From Carcharhinus amblyrhynchos (Eukaryota): 64,000 bases of DNA. Location: contig OZ336880.1 in the NCBI GenBank assembly GCA_965287045.1, positions 40,920,001 to 40,984,000 of the forward strand, written 5' to 3'. Positions within the stretch are counted from its first letter, which is position 1. Each line of letters begins with the position of its first letter. The notes under the pieces are model-generated. The model was not told where the DNA came from, made no database searches, and worked only from the letters and a program-made list of their open reading frames with translations. The translations under genes were made by a program, and so were the position numbers. Shown piece by piece: positions 36,857-48,911 of this stretch.

Positions 36857-37105
36857 TGCCAGAAGTCGCCAAGAAGCCAGAAGTCACCAAGAAGCCAGAA
36901 GTCGCCAAGAAGCCAGAAGTCGCCAAGAAGCCAGAAGTCGCCAAGAAGCCAGAAGTCGCCAAGAAGCCAGAAGCCGCCAAGAAGCCAGAAGCCGCCAAGA
37001 AGCCAGAAGCCGCCAAGAAGCCAGAAGTCGCCAAGAAGCCAGGAATACCAGAAGACATTAAGCCAGTTGCTGTTTCAAGGGAAAAGGGTGTCATCTTAAC
37101 AAAAG
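36857..37105 (+). CDS. TTN: Titin PEVK exon expanded by an 18-nt minisatellite
   Basis: ttaaag|TG...AAAG|gtacaa; 249 nt; V(PEVAKK-type)x10 PGIPEDIKPVAVSREKGVILTK. Confidence 0.88.
36859..37038 (+). repeat. Coding minisatellite, 10 x 18 nt (CCAGAAGTCGCCAAGAAG)
   Basis: Counted directly: 6 PEVAKK, 1 PEVTKK, 3 PEAAKK. Confidence 0.97.
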
Positions 37106-37777
37106 GTACAAATGTACACTGAAACATTGCATACAATCTTTATAGCTTTCTTGCTGTATTATTATATAAATTATTGTCTGTTTATCATGTCTTGCTCACT
37201 TGCCAAAGCCTAAACTCTTATTTTGGTTCGTTTTGTTGATATGACTGGAATTTGTCATGCCTTTTGTTTGTGAGTTTAATTCTGTGGTCTTCATATAAGT
37301 CTTACCTACTTATATAGTGCTCGTTTTCATGTGTCATTTGGCATCTGAATTTGTATTTATGTGTTTGTATTGTGATAAGAAGAGGTTTAATTTGTAGTAA
37401 AATAATTATTTACTCATTTTTAAAATTCAAGAAATAATATGTAAAGTAGCAGGACACCATTGTGACCATAGAGAGTGGGAGATAAAAGGCAATCATATTA
37501 TTTTAATTAACATTATGGAAATAGATAGTGGGATATCTAATTTTGATTAATTGCTAATATTTGGCCTTAAACAATAGATTTGAATACATATTAATATTTA
37601 ACTAATTACTGCATTTCCCGAGAAATAATCAGTTTTAGAAATCTGACGTGGAAGAAGTACAAACAAAATAATTTTAAATGACAACTTAATTGTTAGGCTA
37701 ATGAGAATTGTTTATGGTATTCTGAGCACAGTAAATTACTGGTGCATTAGGGTCCTTATTCTTAAAAATGCTTCAAT

Positions 37778-38038
37778 GTCACAAGTAGGCTTACATTATC
37801 ATTGCAATGAAATTACTTGAAAATCCCCTAGTCGCCACACTCCAGTGCCTGTTCGGGAGAATTTAGCATGGCCAATCCATCTAACCATCACGTCCTTCAG
37901 ATTGTGGATGGAAACCAGAGCACCCGGAGGAAACCCACACAGACACACGGAGAACGTGCAGACTCTGTCTGGGAATCGAGTCCGGGTGCCTGGCGCTGTG
38001 AGGCAGCAGTGCTAACCACTGTGTCACCGTACTGCCCC
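37778..38038 (-). mobile_element. HE1-like SINE
   Basis: Same family as 28398-28664 (cacccggaggaaacccac.., gtgctaaccactgtg). Confidence 0.87.
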
Positions 38039-38273
38039 TGAAACATTGTGCCACATATTATGCCTGATATAAGCTCTGCAAATGGATGAATTTTGAATAA
38101 ACTAATATCTCATATCTTTAGATATAATAGTTATGCTATTCTTAGAAAAATTATTATTATCCTGTGTTAGATGTGTCTGTGTGTTTCATGTTGTGTTTTC
38201 TTTTAAAATTCTCTTCAAAATTATACACGTCTTTTCAACAAATCACATTCTTAAACAATAATGTTCTTTGAAG

Positions 38274-38357
38274 TTGGGGAGATGCCTCAGATGCCGATTG
38301 CCTTTGAAGCTCAACCAGTCACTGTACTGAGGGAAAAAGAGACCATCACAGTAACAG
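38274..38357 (+). CDS. TTN: Titin PEVK exon
   Basis: 84 nt; VGEMPQMPIAFEAQPVTVLREKETITVT; gaag|/|gtagaa. Confidence 0.83.
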
Positions 38358-38817
38358 GTAGAAAACTACATGGACCTATCATTCTTCTGCTTATTTCTTT
38401 TTCTATTTTTCATGGCCTTCATGTAAATCATTTACATTTTTTGTGTATGAATTTGTGTTCTGCAACTGTAGACCAAATTTTAAGTCTGTGTTGTGTTGAC
38501 TGTCATATGAAGAAGTTTTACTTGTTTAAAACATTATTCATTCATATTATGAAATTGAGATATGAATATATGTGCCAAATTATATAAAATGGCACACCAT
38601 CTTGGCTGAACTAGGACTGGAAATGTGAGGAGGGAAATAAATAAAATTAGTAAGTGAGTGATTCGAAGTTTGTGTTTGAATCACGTTATAGGAGATAGAA
38701 AGGCTTGGATAAAAACTGCTTACATATTACAAATTAAATATAATTAAAAACTTGGGAGTGTTCAGCATACAGCATGTTCAAATAATTGGTCTATGAAACT
38801 GCTAAAAAAGAAAAAGG

Positions 38818-39070
38818 ACCTTGCATTTACCTTCCACTTTGGATGTCTCTAAAAGCTTCACAAATGTTTTGAAGGGTAGTCATAAGTAATGAAGGGAAAT
38901 GTAGCAGCCAGTTTTCATTCAGTCAAATCCCATTACCAGCTTTGAGATAAATGACCACAAAATTTTTTTTGTGTGTTTGAGAGATAAATATTGGCCACAA
39001 CAGTGGAGATAAAAATCTGCTGTTTTTTGAAAAATACCATGGGATCTTGTATCCAGCTGAATGGGCAGCC
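38818..39070 (-). mobile_element. Ancient DeuSINE (SacSINE1/AmnSINE-like) relic
   Basis: Motifs ttgcattta..gcagcca..tgagataaatgacca..gataaatattggcca..ccatgggatctt resemble the recalled Deu-domain consensus. Confidence 0.6.
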
Positions 39071-39215
39071 TATTCATTTACCTGGACAATTTATTTAATG
39101 TAACGTACTCTTGTGTTAGCTTCATCTGTCATATGTGTTTCATGTTGTTCTGAATTATTAAATATTTTTGAAGTTGTTAATTAATCTCATCTTAAAACAA
39201 TGATGTCTTTTGAAG

Positions 39216-39299
39216 TGTCAGAAATTCCTCAGAAGCCAATTGTTGAAGAATTCAAACCAGTTACTGTTCAGGAAAAAGAAGAGATCATTACAGTTGAAG
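39216..39299 (+). CDS. TTN: Titin PEVK exon
   Basis: 84 nt; VSEIPQKPIVEEFKPVTVQEKEEIITVE. Confidence 0.88.
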
Positions 39300-40320
39300 G
39301 TACAAAAATGAAAAGAAGACTTTCATACAAACTTCATCCAACATTATTATGTGAACAGTTGCTACTTTGCATAGCATTATATATCATAACCAGGGACCTT
39401 TCTGAACTCTAAGTCCCATTGGTCTTCTCCATCTGTATCCATTAATGCATGCTGTTGTGTTGTATGGTGGTGTTTCTGTTTTATATCTGATTGCATTGCT
39501 TGTGCTGCCATGGAGAAGCTTTAATAGCTAATAATGTTTAATTAAGTACCAAAAGATTAGAAGTAATGAAGCGAATATATTAATAAATTGTTACACACTA
39601 ACTAGAAGTATTATACAAGTGAAATGGAAATGCCAATTAGAAGAAAATTAATTTAGTTATAAAATAGTGGGGAATATATTTCAAACTACAGTCATTCTGA
39701 TACACTCCCTATGTAACCAGAACAGAAAAAAAGCCAGTTGAATCTTGATCTAGATCAGTCTCATGAGGAGACTGGAGCATAGTTAGGAGGCCCCCAATAT
39801 CAGGAATTTCTGAAATCTCAGGCTTCAAAGAGATTTGCTTGTGGAGTCAGCATAAGAACATCTGCTAGGACTAGATGAGACCAAGAGACCGAACATATTG
39901 GTTTATCTAATGATGGATATGAAACTGTGGTCTGAACCGTATTAAAGTTAGCATATTTTCTAACCTTTGCAAAGGGTCTTTAAGGGTCTTTAAGAGGGGG
40001 ATAGCTAAAATTAATTTCCTGCTTGGAGGTCTAACACCTTAATACTTGAACATCTTAGATGTACCTCTGTTTAACATGTGAGCCCACCACTTAACAGCAG
40101 CTGAGTAGTAATCATTCAATTTAGCCAAAGAAAGATTTCTTGCTAGGTGCTATCCCCACATAAATGGAATTACCGCTCTTTACAACATGGAATGCTATTT
40201 AATGTTTGTTGCTATTGTTATGTGTTTCATAGGACATGGCTTTGCCTGTTCTTAAACAATTTCAAAATGATTAAATGTTCTTGCATAAATTACATCTTAA
40301 AACAATCATATTCTTCAAAG

Positions 40321-40404
40321 AGCGCGAAGTTTATAAGATGACTACTATTGAAGAGTTCCAACAAGATGAAGTTGAAAGAAGAGAGATTATTACTCCAGTA
40401 AAAG
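40321..40404 (+). CDS. TTN: Titin PEVK exon (divergent, E-rich)
   Basis: tcaaag|AG...AAAG|gtacaa; 84 nt; EREVYKMTTIEEFQQDEVERREIITPVK. Confidence 0.83.
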
Positions 40405-41147
40405 GTACAAAATAATCAGAATTTCAAACTAGCTTTCATCTTGTGTTACAAAATTTATACTTTTCGTCATTTTCTTATATATCCAATTCTAAGTTCTTAG
40501 CTTTTTCTTCTTCAAAAGTAATTCACCTAAGCCATATTTCTGTGTATCTATCGTCAATTGTGCATTCCTGTTTAATTGGTACATCAATTAATATTTGTTT
40601 ACATTTGTTTGTGTTGTATATGCTACCATAACGGTAGGTCTAACAATAAGGAAAAAAAATCTATTTGCATTCAGTGCTGTCAAACAAATTTACTTTTTGA
40701 GTATTTTGTATTTCTGCCAAATTTATTATGACAGCATAAGTAACAAAAACATCAGGAATATAGATGTTATTTGGAAAGAAACCTGAAGTTACTTGCTGAC
40801 TTGTATCATTGCATATGTAAAACAAAAAAGAAAATGCAAAATGGTAAAACAATCTCATTTTTAAATTTGATAATTTTACATAATGAGTAAACGATCTTTA
40901 TTTTCTAATTGTTGGGAGAAATGCATTATCCTAGCAATTCAAAATTATCCTTATAACCATTTTCTCCTCAAGTGCCCAAAAAGTAATTAATAAGATATAC
41001 TAATTTTGTTGCTTTACGAGAGAAATGTCACTGTGTTAATTTTGTCTGTTCAGTGTGTTTCATATTATATTAAGTTGTATATATAACTTTAGCATGATGT
41101 ATATAATTACCCATGAATCTTACATTAAACAATCATATTCTTTAAAG

Positions 41148-41228
41148 TGCTGGAAGTGCCAAAGAAACCAGCTGCTGAACCAGTCCAACCACTTAAAATT
41201 CCAAGAGAAAAAGTCACTCCTGTAAAAG
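41148..41228 (+). CDS. TTN: Titin PEVK exon
   Basis: 81 nt; VLEVPKKPAAEPVQPLKIPREKVTPVK. Confidence 0.9.
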
Positions 41229-41649
41229 GTATATTAAAAAATCCATGTAAATACTATATATACAGCTGTTCTTGTCAATCTGTTTGCACAGTAACTTCTT
41301 CAATCCTATCCAGAATTTCCTTTGGTACTTGTTATTTATCACCAAAGTAAAAATTAGAAGTAAAATCCTTTCTCTAGTAAAGATAGCAAAATACGTATTT
41401 TGCCAAAATAAATGTTCTCAAGTATGATTCCCCAATACAGAAATATGTAACCATTACTACTTACTACTCATACATTGAATTATAGAAAGCTACATTACTT
41501 TGATTTAACAGTTGTCTTGTACTTGTAATAGGGAATGTCATTTTGTGTTAATTTAGTGTTTTTTGTGTCTGGATTTGGTCAACTAACTTTAATGTTATCT
41601 GAATCATCTTAAATGAACCTTATCTTTAAACCAATAATGTTCTTTAAAG

Positions 41650-41724
41650 TGCCAGAGATCCCAAAGAAACCAATTGATGAAGAACCAGTTATGGTTTCAA
41701 GGAAGGAAGTTGCACCAACTGAAG
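41650..41724 (+). CDS. TTN: Titin PEVK exon
   Basis: 75 nt; VPEIPKKPIDEEPVMVSRKEVAPTE. Confidence 0.9.
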
Positions 41725-42133
41725 GTACAAAAGAACACAGAAGAGTTTCCATCCAAATCTTAATCTTATGCACTGTACTGTCCTGTTATCTACAACATTG
41801 TAAAAACATGTATTTTTTTTTCATAAATTAACTAACATCTTACTTATACTGTTTTTATTCCAGCATATATCCATTTATTTATGCTTAGTAATTCTTTTCT
41901 TCTGCAAAATAGTAGCTAATATAGTTTTTGTCACTCACACGACATACTGTCTGCTGCAATATTTTCCACGTCCATTCAATACTTACATTGTTACAAAGTA
42001 ATGTGTCCTATTCTGTTCGTTTTGTCTGTCATGTCATTTTGAGTTTCAGTATCTTAATGGCTTTATAGATTTTCATGAAATAATTGAATTCTGAAGTAAT
42101 ATCATGGTAAAATTATAATAATGTTCTTTAAAG

Positions 42134-42217
42134 TGCCAGAGCTTCCAAGAGAACCTGTTATTGAAGTGGAGAAACCAGTTGCTATTCCAGGAAAAGAGGA
42201 GGCTCTTCCAAAAAAAG
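42134..42217 (+). CDS. TTN: Titin PEVK exon
   Basis: 84 nt; VPELPREPVIEVEKPVAIPGKEEALPKK. Confidence 0.9.
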
Positions 42218-44399
42218 GTATACAATAAAGAAGAGGATTTCAACCCAACATAGTGTTCTGGCCATTCCATTATAACATGTCTTTTGGGGCTATCTCATTA
42301 ATGTAACTAAAATTTCACTTCGAACACAATTAAGTCAAAATATCTTCTTATTGCCATTGATGTGTCCTTTTATTTATGTTGTGAGGTGTCGATAAATGTA
42401 GTGTGTCTCCTTGCATTTTTCATGTCGTCCTATCTTAATTGTAAACGTCATGTTTTGTTCTTTGGAGACTGTAACCAAAACTTGAGGTTGGAACTTGAAC
42501 TACTCATAGCTTAGCTTCTGGATTATTTCTTCAGGCTGCTGTTTTTGGAACTTCAATATACTTGTCTAAAGTTTGATTACACAACAGGAAGTCGTCTGTC
42601 TGTTTGTTAAAACAAGTTGTTTACTGATTTGGTTGGCCTGGTAGGCCAACTTCTTCTGTAAATTAAACAGGACTGGGAGAACACAGAGAGGCCACAAGAA
42701 CAGGGCAAGCTGCTAGAAGAGGCAGAGGGAGGGCTTTCAGCACGATGTCATATTTTTAAGGCTGGTCTTTAGGGAGCAATTCTCTTATCTCAACTTCAAC
42801 ATGGACCAGTGTTCAAGATATCTTCACTTCACAAAATAAACCATGACTGAAATGTGCTAACTGCTGCAGCCAAGCTGCAATCTCAATGAATGGCAAGGAC
42901 AGCATTGCTGTGTCTTTCAAGGTTATGTAGCTGTTATCTTTGCTATGTCTGATTCTTTGCAGGCTGCTGCTGGAGATGTAGCTTATATGTTAGTTTGTAA
43001 TATACAGCTGCATCCGGGATGTCAGGGGACCTATCTATGCAGAGAGCTTCACCTCATTTATTCTTGCTGGAGTTGAGCAGATAGAGCAATCAAGAGGGTT
43101 TACATGTGTATTCTATGGTACAGGGTGCCATGGACATCCTGCACATTGGCTTTGCATAAACCTCATGTGAGCTCAGCATTTTTTACAAACCGAAAGGCAT
43201 TCCACTCCCTTACTTATTTGTAGATATATATCCACAAGTAGCTCACAATGCAGATGAATATCTACTATCCTGGCAGCATTCTCTGTATCACCATGTTCTC
43301 TGTTGACCCAGTATGATAAGCCCAAGGCTGACTACTGTGCAACAATTGATATGCACTCATGACATGACTTGTTATTCCTGTATAGAACCCACACCCATAA
43401 GCAAGGCATGTCTACAAAGAAAATCATGTTGTCACAAAAAATATTACAGAGTATTCCCAAGCAACGTTGTCATTATCCGAACCAGTGTGGAGGTGCGCTG
43501 TGGTTTTCGTCTGAGCAAGCAACAATATTTGTGCTAGTTTGCTTCATGTTGCATGACATCATCTTTATGGGAAAAGAAGCGAGGACCTATTTGGTCACCC
43601 CTTTCTGTCCCAGCTCTTCATGGATGGTAGTAGCACCTCAGCCAATTTTCCCCAATCAGCAAAATTCCACATTCCTTATCCTTCCTTTATCACAAACCAT
43701 CATATTCTCTTTCTGGTCCTATAAACGGAAAAAACATCTGAAAATAAACCTTCTAATGCACTTTTATGTATTCAGCCGTGAGATAATGTATCTAAAATAG
43801 TCCAATCACCAATGTGTATTTCCCTAGTGTTACTGTTCTAGAAGGTTCAGCTGCAGACTATACCATTTCAGCCTGGGCTGTAGCTGTCTGGAATGGCTGA
43901 CGGATAGGCAACAAAAGTACAGATAGAGTGCAGAGATGGGAACAAGAATGTTGCAGTTTTGAGAGGGGTTCCACTGCCATTCTCATGGACCACTGCCATT
44001 CTGCTGGGACAGCTCCAAAGCAATCTTATTGATCTGCTGGACATCAAATTAATGGACAAAAAAACCCTCTGAACAATGGTACATCAGAGCCATGATACTC
44101 TTACAACAGTGCACAGAGCTTTGATGGAAGCCGCTGAAACTGCAATAGAAGTTGATATGTTGCCCTTAAGGAGTGATATCACAGTGAGTTCCACAGAGCT
44201 GAGCACCCATTCCAGTTTCGAAAGAATGGGCCCTAAGTTTATCCAAAGCCCTGTGCTAAATCTCTATTGGACACCGTGAGATTCCTTGAAATTAAGCAGA
44301 CATTGCAATGCTCTGAATGTTTGGTTATGTACACCCACCAGCTTTATTTTTTCTAAAGTGCAATCTGTCAAAATCCTTGTCTGAATCTATGTTATATGA

Positions 44400-46945
44400 C
44401 CCATTAGGATGGTTTGCCCTAGAGGGGAACTTGCCAAGCACCTGCCATTCTTGTCCTTCGCTAGAGCATGGTAGAGATTGAGAGTTTGGAACATGCTGTT
44501 AAAACAGGCTTGTTGAGTTGCTGCAATGCAGCTTGTAGATGGTACACACTGCAGCCACTGTGCACCTGTGATGAATGGATTGAATGTTTAAGGTTTGGAG
44601 GGGGGCATTAATCAGGAATGCTACATTTTTCCTGGATGGTGTCAAGCTTCTTTGGTGTTGGAGCTGCATTCATCTTGGCAAGTGGAGAATGTTCCATCAC
44701 ACTCCTGTTTTATACCTTGTAAATGATGGGCAAGCTTTGGTTCACTTCAGAATTCCCAGTCTCTGACCTGCTGTTGTACAATAAGAAGTCTCACAACACC
44801 AGGTTAAAGTCCAATAGGTTTATTGGTAACACAAGCCACAAGCTTTCAGAGCGCTTCTCCTTCTTCTGTTCACAAATAGGGCATATAAAGACACTGCTCT
44901 TGTAGCCATGGCTTTTGCAGTTAAGTTTCTGGTTAATGGTACCCCCCCTCCCCCACACACACACACCCCAACCCAGGATGTTGATGATGTGAAATTCAGT
45001 GATCGTAAGACTGCTAAACATCAAGGGGAGATGATTAGTTTTTTGTCTTGTTGAGATGGTCATAGCCTGGCACTTGTATGGATATTAGTTACTACTTATC
45101 AGTCCAAGTGTGAATGTTTCCCCAATCTTGATACATCTGGACACAAACTGCATCAGTATCTGAGGAATTGCAGGAAAGTACTGAACGTCATGTAATTGTC
45201 CCCACCTCTGACTGAATTTTGCAGCAAAGTTCATTGATAAAGTAGCTGAAGATGTTTGGGCTTGGAACACTACCCTGAGGAACTCCTGCAGTAAACTCCT
45301 TAGGGCCAAGATGATTATCAATAACCATTAGTATTTTGCATTGTGTTAGCTATGACTCCAACTAATGTAGAGTTTTCCCATTTGCTTCTTGATGCCACAT
45401 TCAGTTAAAGCAAGCCTTGATGTTGATAACGGATATTCTCCCCTCACTGCCTGTATTCAACTCTTTTTTTCTGCAGCTGAATGGCCCTGGCAGACCTCAA
45501 ACTAAACATCTATGAGCAGGTTATTGCTGTGCAAGTGTCGCTTGATATCACTGCCACCACCATCTTCCATTACGTTGCCGTTGATTAAGAATAGGCTGTT
45601 GGGACAATAATTCACCAGGCTGGATTTTTCTGCTTTTTGTGGACAGGGCATGTCTGGACACTTTTGCATATTGTCAGGTAGAGGCCAGCATTGCAGTTGT
45701 GCTGGAAAGTTGGCTGGAACGTGATTCTTCTGGAGCACAAGACTACAACTTGGATGTTGTTAGGACCCATTATAGTTCTTGTAGCTGGTACTGTCAACCC
45801 ATTCTTGGTATCAGGTGGAGTGAATTGAATGAGTTGACGACTAGTATCTGCAATCTTTTGACCTCAGAAGGAGGCTGAGATGGATCAAGCAATTGACATT
45901 CCAATCGGAAGATGGTTGCAAATGTTTCAGCTCCGTCTTTTTCATTGGGTTCCAGTTTGTGGAGTCTCCTCATCCTTTAGTCGTTTCATTGTCCACCACT
46001 TCTCATGTATGAATGAAACAGAACTGCAGAGATTTGATCTGGTTCATTGTTTGTACACTCGCTCAACGTTGCCTATTGTGAGCTGCTCCCAGCTTTTAGC
46101 ATAAATGTGGTGTTGTCTTATAACTTCACCATGTTGGAATCTTATCTTGAGGTTTGCATGGTGCTGCTCCTGATTGATTGAACCAGCATTGATCCTCTGA
46201 CTTGATGGTAATGGAAGACTGAGGGATGCAGCAGGTGATGGTTACACATTGCAGTTAAATACATGCTGCTCCTGTCCTTGGTTCAAGGATGCCAGGTTTT
46301 GAGCAGTTAACTCTGTTCTGAATCTATCCCATTTAGCATGATGGTGGTTCCATCCAACAGCACACAAGCTCAGTTTGACAGCAGCTATGTCCTTCAGGGC
46401 AGACCAGCTCGATCAGGAGTGTTGCTACTGAACCACTATTACTGATTGGCGTTGAAATCCTGCTTGGAGTATACATTCTGTGCTACCCTGAATACCTCTT
46501 CTAAATAAACACAGAGGAATACTAATCAACAGCTGAGGCAATGTGGCAGGAAGAAGTCAGTAGGATGTTTCCTTACCTATTTTTCACTTATTAACATCAG
46601 AGTTCACAAGGTCTGGAGATAATGTTATGAGAGCTTCCAAGATCAGTTCCTCCCCACCCTATGCCACTGTGTCACCAAGATTGGTAGGTGTGTCTGGCTG
46701 GTTGGACAGGACACACCTGGGCACAGTGATCCAAGAGTCCAGGACGTTGGCTGTAAGGTATGATACAGTGAGTATGGCTATGTCAGGGCGATGCTGGGCT
46801 CATCTGTGAAACAACTCTTCCAATTATTGCATAAGTACTAGGGCATTTGTGATGATGACATTGCAGGATCAGCAGAGCAGGATGTGCCTTTGTCTTTTGT
46901 GGTGTTCTGGTCAGTGTTGGGTAGGGTCCATCTGGTTTTATTTTA
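44400..46945 (-). mobile_element. Long degenerate CR1-clade LINE (same family as 21661-22830), antisense
   Basis: Minus-strand RT remnants (PDNMQKCPDMPCPQK..NYCPNSL; VVFQAQTSSATL); continuous homology with 21900-22830. Confidence 0.82.
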
Positions 46946-47106
46946 ACCAGTTTCTTCCCTCATGTTTGTGTAAGTGAGGATACATAACGTTCCCACGGGC
47001 TGATTTTCTCTGCCAAGCACGCTTGTGTTATTTTAATTTGTTAGTTCGCACACTTCAAGATAAAATGATTATATCTTAAACTTCTTAACATTATTGTTTC
47101 TTAAAG

Positions 47107-47178
47107 TGCCAGAGGTTCCTAAGAAGCCAGTTCCTGAACCACTGAAACCAAAGAAAGAGGCAGTTGCTCCAGAAAAAG
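47107..47178 (+). CDS. TTN: Titin PEVK exon, PEPLKPKKE family copy 1
   Basis: 72 nt; VPEVPKKPVPEPLKPKKEAVAPEK. Confidence 0.9.
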
Positions 47179-47976
47179 GTATTCCTCCTTGTGATTTTAG
47201 ATGCTGGAAATTCTTTTATGACGCATATATCGTGAACTGGTATTTTCCGGGCCTGGTGGGGTGGGTGCAGCTGCGACGGATGCAGCAAGCCAGCCAAATG
47301 TTCATTGACTTTGAAGAGAGGGATAGAGATGTTTTGCTGCAATTATAGAGGGCATTGGTGAGCCACGTCTGCAGTATTGTGTGCAGTTTTATCTGAGGAA
47401 GGATGTCCTTGCTATAGAGGAAATACAGCGAAGGTTTACCAGGCTGATTCCCGGGATGGCAGTCTGATACATGATGAGAGACTAAGTCCGTTAGGATTAT
47501 ATTCAGTGTAACTTAGAAGAGTGAGAGGGGTTCTCATAGAAATTTATAAAATTCTAACAGGGTTAGACAGGGTAAATTCAGAAAACCTGGGCACAGTGAT
47601 CCAAGAGTCCAGGACGTTGGCTGTAAGGTATGATACAGTGAGTATGGCTATGTCAGGGCGATGCTGGGCTCATCTGTGAAACAACTCTTCCAATTATTGC
47701 ATAAGTACTAGGGCATTTGTGATGATGACATTGCAGGATCAGCAGAGCAGGATGTGCCTTTGTCTTTTGTGGTGTTCTGGTCAATGTTGGGTAGGGTCCA
47801 TCTGGTTTTATTTTAACCAGTTTCTTCCCTCATGTTTGTGTAAGTGAGGATACATAACGTTCCCACGGGCTGATTTTCTCTGCCAAGCACGCTTGTGTTA
47901 TTTTAATTTGTTAGTTCGCATACTTCAAGATAAAATGATTATATCTTAAACTTCTTAACATTATTGTTTCTTAAAG

Positions 47977-48048
47977 TGCCAGAGGTTCCTAAGAAGCCAG
48001 TTCCTGAACCACTGAAACCAAAGAAAGAGGCAGTTGCTCCAGAAAAAG
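47977..48048 (+). CDS. TTN: Titin PEVK exon, PEPLKPKKE family copy 2
   Basis: Identical to copy 1. Confidence 0.85.
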
Positions 48049-48179
48049 GTATTCCTCCTTGTGATTTTAGATGCTGGAAATTCTTTTATGACGCATATAT
48101 CATGAACTGGTATTTTCCGGGCCTGGTGGGGTGGGTGCAGCTGCGACGGATGCAGCAAGCCAGCCAAATGTTCATTGAC

Positions 48180-48555
48180 TTTGAAGAGAGGGATAGAGAT
48201 GTTTTGCTGCAATTATAGAGGGCATTGGTGAGCCACGTCTGCAGTATTGTGTGCAGTTTTATCTGAGGAAGGATGTCCTTGCTATAGAGGAAATACAGCG
48301 AAGGTTTACCAGGCTGATTCCCGGGATGGCAGTCTGATACATGATGAGAGACTAAGTCCGTTAGGATTATATTCAGTGTAACTTAGAAGAGTGAGAGGGG
48401 TTCTCATAGAAATTTATAAAATTCTAACAGGGTTAGACAGGGTAAATTCAGAAAAAATGTTCCCAATGTGAGGGAGTCCAGAACTAGGGGTCATAATTTG
48501 AGGATAAGGGATAACCTTTTAGAACTGAGGTGAGGAATGTGTGGAATTCACTATC
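48180..48555 (+). mobile_element. CR1/HER1-like LINE fragment (its 5' part is duplicated at 47310-47585)
   Basis: gagatgttttgctgcaattatagagggcattggtgag..cagcgaaggtttaccaggctgattcc.. = CR1 ORF2 C-terminus. Confidence 0.82.
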
Positions 48556-48839
48556 ACAGCTCTCCCAATTTTGGCACAAGTCCCTCGATGTTACCAGGGA
48601 ACAATTTGCAGTGTTAACTTGGCTTGATATGTCTTTGCCATTATTGTTTCATTGCTCGGCAGTCAGTCTTATTTGATTTTAACCAGTTTCTCCCCCAGTA
48701 TTGTACGTGCAAATAGATAATGTAATTTTGAGTTGTATTTCACTGTCAGATATGTTTGTGTTATTTTAACCTGTTGCTTAGATATCTCAATGATAAAAAA
48801 AATGCACGCAAAGCAACTTAACATTATTGTTTCTTAAAG

Positions 48840-48911
48840 TGCCAGAAGTTCCTAAGAAGCCAGTTCCTGAACCATTGAAACCTAAGAAGGAGGCGGTTAC
48901 TCCAGAAAAAG
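48840..48911 (+). CDS. TTN: Titin PEVK exon, PEPLKPKKE family copy 3
   Basis: 72 nt; VPEVPKKPVPEPLKPKKEAVTPEK. Confidence 0.9.

Larger units (their letters stand above)
46716..48455 (+). repeat. 870-bp near-perfect tandem duplication containing a PEVK exon
   Basis: 46716-47585 vs 47586-48455; I see only 3 substitutions (46914/47784, 47051/47921, 47232/48102). Confidence 0.97.

Noticed and set aside
36834-37136. Repetitive ORFs in other frames (SGFLAT on -, SQKSPR on +)
   Set aside because: Shadows of the 18-nt minisatellite; only the PEVAKK frame fits the splice sites and neighbouring exons
44783-44875. Penelope-like terminal fragment with a possible minus-strand hammerhead ribozyme
   Set aside because: The required CUGANGA core reads CAGAAGA here; at best an inactive relic, and the family assignment is from memory only
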